A DNA stretch of 64,000 nt from Candidatus Marinacidobacterium sp. (GTDB taxonomy: Bacteria; Acidobacteriota; Vicinamibacteria; Marinacidobacterales; Marinacidobacteraceae): positions 288,001-352,000 of the forward strand of contig OZ242011.1 in assembly GCA_965204755.1 (NCBI GenBank), in the 5' to 3' direction. The position numbers and the translations under genes were made by a program. This document shows, piece after piece, positions 49,796 to 58,800 of the stretch; the first letter of the stretch is position 1, and each line of letters starts with the position of its first letter. The notes below the pieces were generated by a model. The model was given only the letters and a program-made list of their open reading frames with translations. It had not been told where the DNA came from and did not search any database.

Positions 49796-51994
49796 TCACC
49801 GCAGGACGAGGAACAGGTTCGAGTAGTCGTCCGTCCAGCGGTAGGCCTCTCCCGGCTCGGCGGCCTCCCCGGAAAACGGCCGGGCGCGGGAGAGGACGCT
49901 CGGGTCGGTGACGAAGTCGGAAGACCAGGTGATGAGCGCCCAGGTGGTCTCGTAGCGGTAGGCCTCCGGGTCCGGCTCGGTCTCGGTGAGCAGGGAGATG
50001 GCGCCGAGCGCGAGCGCCTGCGCCCGGATTACCGGCGCCAGGTCCACATGGCGGTTGGAGATGTGGGCGGCGATCACGCCGCCGGGGGCCAGCCGCCGCC
50101 GGTAGAGGTCGAACGCCTCGGCGGTGAGCAGGTGGACCGGGACGGCGTCCCCGGTGAAGGCGTCGAGGACGAGGACATCCCAGGGCGCCTCCCCGGCGGC
50201 TTCCTCCCGCTCGAGGCTGAGCCGCCCGTCGCCGAGGACGACCTCGACTTCCCCGGCGGCGTCGTCCAGATAGGTGAAGTAGCGGCGGGCCACCCGTTCG
50301 ACCTGCGGGTCGAGTTCGTAGAAGCGGAACCGGTCGCCGCTCCGGGAGCGCGCCGCCAGCGAACCGGCGCCGAGCCCCAGGATCCCCACCGAGAGCGGCT
50401 GCCCGGCGCGCCGCTTCGGGTGGCGGTCGAGCGCCGTCTTCACCCCGGTGCCCTCGTAGTAGTAGAGCATCGGCTCCCGACGGCGCCCCGGCGCGAGGCG
50501 CTGCGACCCGTGGCCGATCCCGCCGTGCCAGAGGTCGCGCCGCCACTCCGGGGTGTCCGGCGAGTCTTCCATCACCCGCACCGCGCCGTAGAAGTTCCGG
50601 CTGGCGTGGAGCGGCCTCCGGTGCTCCAGCCAGGTTACGGCGAGCGCCAGCCCGGCCACCCCGGCGAGGGCGCCCCGGAGCGCGGCGCGGGGCAGGCTCC
50701 GGGAGGTCGAGGCCGCGCCGGCGAACGGGGCGGCGGCGCCGAGGACCAGGGCGAGCGGGTATTCCCAGGTGTTCGGGAACAGGAGCGGGCTCAGCAGCGA
50801 GGCGGAGAGCCCGCCCGCCGCGCCCCCGGCGGTGAGGGAGAGGTAGAAGCCGGTCAGCCGGGCCGGCGCCGGGCGCCGCCGGGCGATCTCGGCGTGGGCG
50901 GTCCAGCCGGCGGCGAACAGGAAGGCGAGGCCGGCGGCGGCGTGCGAGAGGAGCGGCCGGTCGAGCCCGGTGGTGATGTCCGCGAGCCAGACCAGCAGGC
51001 AGGCGGCGGCGAGCAGGAAGACCGCCGGGGTCAGCGCGCGCCGCGGGAAGCGGTCCGGCGCGCCGAAGGCGAGGACGAAGGTGACCAGGTACACCGCGAG
51101 CGGGGCGATCCAGAGGAACGGCGCGGCGGCCACATCCCGGGTCAGATGGGTGGTTACGGAGACCAGGGCGAAGGACGCCGCGGCCGCGAGGAGGGCGGGC
51201 GCGAGGCGGGCGGCGAGGCGGGGCCGGGCCGGGGGCGGCGGGTCGGCGGCGGGGTCGGCGGGCGGGGGCGGTGTTCCGGCGGCTGGGTCTGGGGCCGGGG
51301 GCGGCGAGTCGGCGGCGGCCGTCGGTGGCGTTCCGGCGGCCGGGGCGGCGGCCGGGGGCGGCGGGTCGGCGGCGCGGCGGGTGAGCAGCGCGCCGGCGCC
51401 GACGGTGGCCGCGCCGAGGAGGGCGAATCCGGCCGTCCACCAGCCGGCCTGGGCGGCGACGCCGAGGAACGGCTCCACCGCGACCGGGTAGAGCAGGAGG
51501 CCGAGGAGCGAACCGGTGTTCGAGACCGCGAAGAACCGGTAGGGCGAACCGGAGGTCCCCTTGCGTCCGCCGCCCCCGGCCAGCCAGGCGGAGACCAGCG
51601 GGGTGGTCGCCGCGCCGAGGACGAAGGGCAACCCCGGCCCGGCGAGCAGGGTGAGCAGGATCCGCGGCCCCGGCGCCTCGCCGCCCGCCGGCGCCCACCC
51701 GGCGGCCGGCAGCGGGGGGAGGAAGAACAGGAGGGCGGCGACGACGAGCGCGGCGTGGACGGCCACCTGGCGGCGCCGCGGGACGCGCGTGGCGAGCAGG
51801 TGCGCGTAGAGGTAGCCGCCGAGCAGGGCGGTCTGGAAGAAGAACAGCGCCACCGCCCAGACCATCGGCGCCCCGCCGTACCAGGGCAGCAGCGCCCGGG
51901 CGGCGAGCGGCTGCACGGAGAAGAGCAGGAACGCCCCGAGGAAGATCGCCCCCCCGGCCAGCCACCGCGCCCCCCGGAGGGGGTCGATCCTCAA
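49796..51994 (-). CDS. Fused membrane (MFS-like)/spermidine-synthase-domain protein
   Basis: AFLLFSVQP, PYRFFAVSNTGS, RNFYG, GLGAGSL, YELDPQV, GDGR, LDAFTGD and WTDDYSN; start uncertain (TTG at 51994, or upstream through the array). Confidence 0.88.
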   Translation of the reverse strand: MRIDPLRGARWLAGGAIFLGAFLLFSVQPLAARALLPWYGGAPMVWAVALFFFQTALLGGYLYAHLLATRVPRRRQVAVHAALVVAALLFFLPPLPAAGWAPAGGEAPGPRILLTLLAGPGLPFVLGAATTPLVSAWLAGGGGRKGTSGSPYRFFAVSNTGSLLGLLLYPVAVEPFLGVAAQAGWWTAGFALLGAATVGAGALLTRRAADPPPPAAAPAAGTPPTAAADSPPPAPDPAAGTPPPPADPAADPPPPARPRLAARLAPALLAAAASFALVSVTTHLTRDVAAAPFLWIAPLAVYLVTFVLAFGAPDRFPRRALTPAVFLLAAACLLVWLADITTGLDRPLLSHAAAGLAFLFAAGWTAHAEIARRRPAPARLTGFYLSLTAGGAAGGLSASLLSPLLFPNTWEYPLALVLGAAAPFAGAASTSRSLPRAALRGALAGVAGLALAVTWLEHRRPLHASRNFYGAVRVMEDSPDTPEWRRDLWHGGIGHGSQRLAPGRRREPMLYYYEGTGVKTALDRHPKRRAGQPLSVGILGLGAGSLAARSRSGDRFRFYELDPQVERVARRYFTYLDDAAGEVEVVLGDGRLSLEREEAAGEAPWDVLVLDAFTGDAVPVHLLTAEAFDLYRRRLAPGGVIAAHISNRHVDLAPVIRAQALALGAISLLTETEPDPEAYRYETTWALITWSSDFVTDPSVLSRARPFSGEAAEPGEAYRWTDDYSNLFLVLR

Positions 51995-53757
51995 AGCGCC
52001 GATCCGCAAGCGCCCGCTCCGAAGGGGGTCGATCCGCAAGGGGCTCGATCCGTGGGGTGTCGATCCACGAGGGGGTCGATCCGTAGGGGCTCGACCCACA
52101 TGGGGGTCGATCCAGAAGGGGGTCGATCCGTCGGGGGTCGATCCGCAATGGCTCGATCCGTCGGGGGTCGATCCGCAAGGGCTCGATCCGTCGGGGGTCG
52201 ATCCGCAAGGGCTCGATCCGTCGGGGGTCGATCCGTAGGGTTCTCGATCCGTAGGGGTTCGATCCACAAGGGGGTCGATCCAGAAGGGGCTCGATCCGAA
52301 GGGCTCTCGATCCGTAGGGGCTCGACCCAGAAGGGGGTCGATCCGAGGGGGCTCGATCCGAAGGGGGTCGATCCGAGGGGGCTCGATCCGAAGGGGCTCG
52401 ATCCGAAGGGGCTCGATCCGAAGGGGCTCGATCCGAAGGGGCTCGATCCGTAGGGGGCTCGATCCGTAGGGGGCTCGATCCGAAGGGGCTCGATCCGTAG
52501 GGGGCTCGATCCGAAGGGGGTCGATCCGCAGGGGTCGCGATCGGCAGGGTCTCGACCCGTCGAGGCTCGATCCGCAGGGGGTCGATCCGCAAGGGTCGCG
52601 ATCCGCAAGGGGCTCGATCCGCAGAGGTCTCGATCCGAAGGGGGTCGATCCGCAAGGGTCGCGGTCCACAAGGGGCTCGATCCGCGGGGGGTCGAACGGC
52701 AAGGGGCTCGATCCGCAGGGGGCTCGATCCGAAGGGGCTCGATCCGTCGGGGGTCGATCCGTCGAGGGTCGATCCGTCGAGGGTCGATCCGTAGGGTTCT
52801 CGATCCGTAGGGGCTCGATCCACGGGGGGCTCGATCCACAAGGGGGTCGATCCGTAGGGGCTCGATCCGTAGGGGCTCGATCCGTAGGGGCTCGATCCGT
52901 AGGGGCTCGATCCGTAGGGGCTCGATCCGTAGGGGTCTCGATCCGAAGGGGGTCGATCCGCATGGGTCGCGATCCGCAGGGTCTCGATCGGTAGGGTCTC
53001 GATCGGCAGGGTCTCGATCGGCAGGGTCTCGATCGGCAGGGTCTCGATCCGTGGAGGCTCGATCCGCAGGGGGTCGATCCGCATGGGTCGCGATCCGCAA
53101 GGGGCTCGATGTGTGGAGGCTCGATCCGCAGAGGTCTCGATCCGAAGAGTGTCGATCCGCAAGGGTCGCGGTCCACAAGGGGCTCGATCCGCGGGGAGTC
53201 GAACGGCAAGGGGCTCGATCCGCAGGGGGCTCGATCCGTAGAGGCTCGATCCGGAGGGGGTCGATCCGCCGAGTTTCGACCCGCAGGGGGCTCGATCCGT
53301 GGGGTGTCGATCCGAAGGGGGTCGATCCGAAGGGGGTCGATCCGAAGGGGGTCGATCCGCGGAGTCTCGACCAGCAAGGGGTTCGATCCGCCGGGGCTCG
53401 ATCCACTTGGGCCTCGATCCGCAGGGGTCTCGATCCGCAAGGGGGTCGATCCGCCGGGGTCTCGATCCGCAAGGGGCTCGATCCGCAAGGGGCTCGATCC
53501 GTGGGGGCTCGATCCGTCGGGGCTCGATCCACAGGGGCTCGATCCGCCGGGGCTCGATCCACGAGGGGGTCGATCCGAAAAGGCTCGATCCACGAGGGGG
53601 TCGATCCGCAGGGACTCGATCCGTAGGGGCTCGATCCAAGGGATCGATCCGACGAAACGCGACTCGTAAGGACTCGATCCGCAGGGGCTCGATCCGTAGG
53701 GGCTCGATCCAGAAGGGGGTCGATCCGAGGGGGCTCGATCGGCAGGGGGCCGATCCC
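51977..53757. repeat. Degenerate minisatellite of roughly 115 units of 15-16 nt with TCGATCC core
   Basis: Units such as gaagggggtcgatcc and gtaggggctcgatcc; a higher-order duplicated block at about 52563-52730 and 53054-53236. Unit count estimated from length. Confidence 0.95.
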
Positions 53758-53844
53758 GCGCACCGCCGCTTCGGCGAACCGCCGCCGTCGGGCGGCGCTT
53801 TCCCGCAGGCCTTCCCGCGCGCCGCCGAGGGCGCTTCCGCTCAT
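51991..53844 (-). CDS. Possible low-complexity ORF translated through the array (or the frameshifted N-terminus of the downstream gene)
   Basis: GGAGGAG 9 nt before ATG 53844; its TGA overlaps the TTG of the next gene (TTGA). Confidence 0.35.
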   Translation of the reverse strand: MSGSALGGAREGLRESAARRRRFAEAAVRGIGPLPIEPPRIDPLLDRAPTDRAPADRVLTSRVSSDRSLGSSPYGSSPCGSTPSWIEPFRIDPLVDRAPADRAPVDRAPTDRAPTDRAPCGSSPLRIETPADRPPCGSRPLRIEAQVDRAPADRTPCWSRLRGSTPFGSTPFGSTPFGSTPHGSSPLRVETRRIDPLRIEPLRIEPPADRAPCRSTPRGSSPLWTATLADRHSSDRDLCGSSLHTSSPLRIATHADRPPADRASTDRDPADRDPADRDPADRDPTDRDPADRDPCGSTPFGSRPLRIEPLRIEPLRIEPLRIEPLRIEPLRIDPLVDRAPRGSSPYGSRTLRIDPRRIDPRRIDPRRIEPLRIEPPADRAPCRSTPRGSSPLWTATLADRPPSDRDLCGSSPLRIATLADRPPADRASTGRDPADRDPCGSTPFGSSPLRIEPLRIEPPTDRAPYGSSPFGSSPFGSSPFGSSPFGSSPLGSTPFGSSPLGSTPFWVEPLRIESPSDRAPSGSTPLWIEPLRIENPTDRPPTDRALADRPPTDRALADRPPTDRAIADRPPTDRPPSGSTPMWVEPLRIDPLVDRHPTDRAPCGSTPFGAGACGSAL

Positions 53845-53885
53845 CCCTTCACGCTCCTCCCGCTGCGTAGAATACGGGCCGCGCC

Positions 53886-54473
53886 ATGCCGAAACCCAAG
53901 TCCCGCCCCTCCCGTCCGCCCGCCGCTTCCGCCCCGCGTCCCGGCCCGAAACCGCCGGCGAAACGGCCCGCCGAGCCGACCGGCCGGGGGAGCGGCGCGC
54001 TGCTGCTCGTCGCCGGCCTCCTCGCCCTCGGCGGCGCGGTCTTCTTCATCTCCGCGTTCGAGGACGACACCACCGAGACCGCCTCCGCGATCTCGTACGA
54101 CACGCCGACAACGGAAGCGACCCAGGCGGCCGTCAAGACCTTCCCCTACTACGACAGCGCCGACGAAGCCAAGCCCTTCCCGGTGACGCTGCCCCCCTCG
54201 TCCTACAGCAACGAAACCCTGCAGCGCGCCTACGGCCTCGCCAAGGAGATCCCGGAAGTGCTCGCGCAACTCCCGTGTCTGTGCGGCTGCCACATGCAGG
54301 CGGAGGATCACGGCAGCCTGCTCGACTGCTATGTGGACGACCACGCCGCCACTTGAAGCACCTGTCTCCAGGAGGTCCTCCTGGCCAAGCAGATGCACGA
54401 CGACGGCGAAGAACCGGAAGCGATCCGCGAAGCGATCTACCGCCACGACTTCACGGACATCCCCCTCCGCTGA
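53886..54473 (+). CDS. Membrane-anchored PCYCGC/CYCXC-type selenoprotein (UGA at 54354 read as Sec)
   Basis: PCLCGC...HGSLLDCYVDDHAAT-UGA-STCLQEVLLAKQMHDDG...; the frame continues 38 codons to TGA 54471; SECIS-like hairpin downstream. Confidence 0.8.
54368..54384 (+). promoter_or_regulatory. Putative bacterial SECIS hairpin
   Basis: CCAGGAG-GUC-CUCCUGG starting 11 nt after the UGA; GGUC apex resembles the E. coli fdhF SECIS. Confidence 0.7.
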
Positions 54474-54510
54474 CCTGACCGCGCCGAAGGGCGCCACCCC
54501 GCCGCCGACC

Positions 54511-54598
54511 GGCGGGTAACACCGACGGGTAACGACCGGCCGGCAACAACTGGCCGGCAACAACTGGCCGGCAACGACTGGCCGGTAACGACTGGCGG
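54511..54598. repeat. About six degenerate 13-14-nt tandem repeats (ccggcaacaactgg)
   Basis: Visible directly in the intergenic region between convergent genes. Confidence 0.8.
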
Positions 54599-54745
54599 GC
54601 CGCCGCCCGCGGCGGCCGGGACGGGCAAGGCGGCCCCGCCCGATCGGGGCGGGATTCACGCCGACAGTCGAGCCGCCTCGAAGAGTCCTGCGGCCGACCG
54701 CGAGTGCCGGTCGTTATCGCAACTCGGCGCGTAGCGAAACCGGAC

Positions 54746-55730
54746 TCACCGCACCGACCGGAGTTCGGCGAGTTCCGCGAGGAGGTCCTCGATCGTCTCG
54801 TCGCCCGGCCATGCGCCTTTCAGCGCGTCCCGGTCGAAGTTCCTCGCTCGCTCGACGACTCCGGGAGGAATCGCCGCGGCGCCGGGAACATGGCCGCAAG
54901 GCGTTCGGTCGAACGCCTCATGCCGGTCGACCCGCGGCATCATGTGTCGAGCCAGCATCGCGCGCGGGCTTCCGTCGGCCCGGAAATGCACGACCCCGGT
55001 CACCGTGGCGTCCGTGCCCCACAGCGAACGCAACGCCTCTCGATCCACGGCCCCGGCGTCGAGTTGCCCGGGAAGGAAACTGCCGTCCTTCAGCCGGAGG
55101 AGGAACCGCCCGTCGTCGTGTTCGATGCCGTCGAGCCGACCGGTCACGATGAATCCCCTCGCCGGCGGGAGCATCCCGAGTCGCGCTTCGGCGCGGGCGG
55201 CCGCCGCTCGATCCCAGGCGAAGCCCCGCCCCCCGGCCTCGTCCGGCGTCAGCGCATACCCGGCGTCGGGATACCCGGCCGCCCGACCGAAGGCGAGCAT
55301 CGCTTCGAGTACGCCCCGGTCGTCGCACATACCGGGCGCCGTCTCCGATTCCCCGGTAACCGACCGAACGGCCTCCCCCACCAAGTCGAGCGCGGTGTCC
55401 TCGAGATCCACTCGTTCGCGCCCCTTCCGGAGCGGCGAGTACACGAACCGGTCGCGGGCGGTCTCGACCAGGCAGAACGCCCGAAAGCCGATCGAACCGG
55501 CGCCGAACCCGGTGATCGCGAAAGCCAGCGTCTCTTCGAGCCACTTCGGGCGCGCGCCGCGGGCGGTCGAGATCCCGGTGGCCCGGAGGCGCGTGACGCG
55601 TTCGGCCAAGCGCCGCAGGGCGCCGACGATCTTCGTGAGCGTTGCCTTCGGTATCTCGCCGCCGCGCGCGTCGAGCCCATCGACCCGGAGGGTGTAACCG
55701 CGTGTCTTCGAGAACTCGCCGATCTCCTTC
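54746..55730 (-). CDS. Hypothetical protein; reading frame extends upstream of the first canonical start (TTG 55609)
   Basis: The frame stays open upstream as KEIGEFSKTRGYTLRVDGLDARGGEIPKATL...; C-terminus GAWPGDETIEDLL. The start is unresolved. Confidence 0.6.
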
Positions 55731-55837
55731 GGCGGGCGCCGCCCCCTCGCGCCGACCGTCCGTCTTGCCCCGTCCGCCGTCCCGAACCATAGCGGCGGAC
55801 GGAGACCAGGCGCGGGAGCGGCCCCGGGACGGGGCGG

Positions 55838-58800
55838 TCAGCCTGCCTCCGCCTCGGCGCGGCGGGCGGCCGGCGGTCTCACATCCAGCACGCGCACTTC
55901 GACGCGATCCCGTTCCTCGGGAGTCAGGTTCTCGACCAGTCGGCGGTGCAACTGCTCGCGCGTCTCCGGGCGGATCCCCTTCGGAGGGCGCGCGATAGGT
56001 CGTGAGGCGCCGGAAACTCCGAACCACAGGACGAGGTAGATGCCTCGCCCCATCGCTTCCGGCATGGCCGCGTACTTGGGAATCAATTGCTCCCGTACGG
56101 CGGTCCAGAGATCGCGATGCCACTGGCGCTTGATCTCGATCGGTATGGCGAACCCGTCGCAGCGCACCAGCAGGTCCGACCGCGCGCCCCCGGCGTGGCG
56201 CGCCTCCGGCGCGATCGGGCAAGCGCTTCCCAGCCGCCCGCGCAGCGCGCCGAGCAGCGCGTCGCGACACGATTCCTCGGGTTTCGGTTCGACCGCGCCG
56301 CCATGCGAGTCCTCGTTCCAGAACGGCCGCCACGCGTTCTCGTCACTTCCGGCGAACTCCGCGGCCAGGTCGTCGAGATGGTCGGCGACGAACGCGGAGA
56401 GGTCCGCCGCGTTCGCCGGACGCCCCCCGCGCAGGGCCTCGGCGACGCGATCGGCGGAAGCGTGGCGGAAGCCGACATCGGCCACGGTCCGCCGCCGGCG
56501 ATCCCGGGCCGCCTCCAAGCGAGGGCGCCACCGGGACAGCGCCCGATCGGCGATGAGGGATTCGAGCGCCCTTCCGGCGTCGGCTCCCGCGGAGCGGCCG
56601 AGTCGGCGAATGAAGTCCGCGATCCGTTCGGGGGCCCGGTCGGCCAACCCCAGGACCCTGGCTTCGTAAGGCTCCTCCGGCCGGAACATGGCGCCGAAAC
56701 GGGTGACCAGCAGGCGGAGGGTGACCGGGTCCATCCCCTCGTCCGGAACACGCGCATCCAAGTCGGGGCACAGGAACACGGCGGCCTCCCGCGCGGCTTC
56801 CTCGTCCCGCGTCAGGGTTTCGAAGCGGTCACGGTAGGCGTCGGGCGCCGCCGCGAGACCCGCAGCCACCCAGTGCGGCCGCTGGGCCACGGTCATGCTC
56901 TTCGATGCCGCCTTTCGCGCGACAACGCGAAGCAACCCGTCCCGGTCGGCGTGGGCGATCGCAGCCCAGAGGAGCAGGTCGAGAACCTGCAGTTGACCGC
57001 CCAGACCGCGCACGGGAAAGCCGCTGAGCAGCGGCAGGGCCGCCTGGCGCGCTACGCCGGCGTATTGCCGGTCTCCCACCAGCAGGTCGAGGTGTACCCG
57101 ACTCTCGCTGCCTTTCGCGATCTCCGCCTTCGCCCAACGGACGAGAACTCTCGCCGTGAGTTCGGGTCGCGAGCGAGCGAGTTCCCGATACCAGGGCGGC
57201 GGCTCCAGGCGGTTCGTCGGGGCGGTGAAATAGAAGGCGAGCGCCCGAAGCCACTGATCGTCGCCCAGCGTCTCCAGGCGCTCGGGACACTCCCTCTCCA
57301 TGACTTCGAGACCGGCGAGGAACGGCCACGCGAGCGAGTGGATCCCCGAACTCGCGTGGAAATCGAAGATCGCGTCCTCGTCCGGGACATCGTCGCGCCA
57401 CGGCGCGCGCGCCAGGGCGCCGACGACCACCCGGCGCAGGGCCGGATCGGAGAGGCGCCAGCCCCGGCCCGGCGCGCTCAGGTACTCCTCGAGCGATCCC
57501 AGGTATTCCCAGGCGAGGCGGCGGAGCAGCGCCGGCGAGGCCCGGTTCTCGCGGAACGCCTCGAGTTCGTCCTCGATCCGTCGAGCCATCGCCGAGTCCC
57601 TCCTCCGCCGCTCCTCGACGAATGGCCGTTCCTGCTCGCGCAAGTCGAGATACCCGGCGGGGAGATCGGTCTTGAGCAACCGGCGGAAACGGGCCGCCAT
57701 TCCGCGACGGAAAGCCCGGCCAATCAGTTCCTTCGCGCGGATCCTTTCCGCGCCGGCCCTTTCGACCGCCCGTTCCAGCAACCAGTCCGCGAGAAGCGGT
57801 CGAGCGATCGCCATCTCGACCGCCAGGGAGAGGCAGAAGCGACCGAAGCCTTCGGGCGGGCGGGCGATTCCCAGGGTCGCCGCCACTTCCCGAACCGCCG
57901 GGTCGAAGTCCTCGGTTTCCGGACACCGCTCCCATCCTTCGCGCCAGAGTTCGACCAGTCGCTGCGGACGCGCTTCCAGCCACTTTCGGACCCGGAGCAC
58001 CGCTCCGTCCGAGCCGACGGTCGAGCGCTGCCGGCTTTCCCGGCCGAGGCGAAGCCAATCGTAGATCTCGGTAGTGGAAGCGCCATCGCCATGCTCCTCC
58101 ATACCCTGCGTCACCAACTCCAGCGGGAGGTGGGCGAGGAACCGATTCTCGAGCGCGGCCCAATGGTCGGGCAAACGAACCCGCAGCGCGGCGAGCAGCC
58201 CCGGAAGGCGCCCGGAGTGTTCGGCCTTCGTCAGGCTCCGGAGCCAGAAGCCGTCGTACCTCCCGACCAGTTGTTCCGGCTGGTCGAGCAGGTAGTCCCA
58301 GACCTGCTCGGGGGTGATCTCCTCCGGATACATCCGTCCCAGCAGAGTCCCCAACAGTTCGCGATAGTGATCGCTAACGACGCCGCTTCGAATGTCTCCC
58401 GCCAGTCGCCGAAGTTCGGCGCGCCGTCTCTTTTCGTCGACGCAGTTGTGGATGAAGGCGTCGAGCGCGTAACGGGTGACTTCGTACCATCTCGTCCCGT
58501 CGCGGGCGACTTCCATGAGTCGGTCGGCAAACGCGGGCATCGGCCGGCCGAGGCTCAGGGCCCGCGCCGCGATTCCGGCGAGTACTTGCGCCGAACGGCC
58601 GCGATCGGCGGATTCGAGTTCGGCGCGGAGCGTCGGCGCCATTTCGGGAACCGCCAGCAGTCGGAGGAAGTCCGCGGGGAAGCGGTGCGCGCCGAGTTCC
58701 GGCGCCGTCGCGCGCATCTCGCGGAGCAACCGGCGCTTGTCGGTCGGGGTGAAGTCGTGGATGTCGCCGTAGGCCGCGATCCCCACCGGATCCCGAACGA

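Noticed and set aside
2486-49826. Long antisense and alternate-frame ORFs (e.g. 2486-5767, 21140-25255, 36506-40390, 45165-49826)
   Set aside because: They are shadows of well-supported genes, expected at this GC content, with Arg/Gly/Pro-rich composition and no motifs.
47595-53639. 2014-aa ORF as one giant PQQ protein
   Set aside because: It is a chance stop-free run through the array and the shadow frame of the spermidine-synthase gene; the real PQQ gene starts at 49688 with a signal peptide.
51977-53757. Array as a CRISPR locus
   Set aside because: Units are only 15-16 nt, there are no unique spacers, and no cas genes are present.
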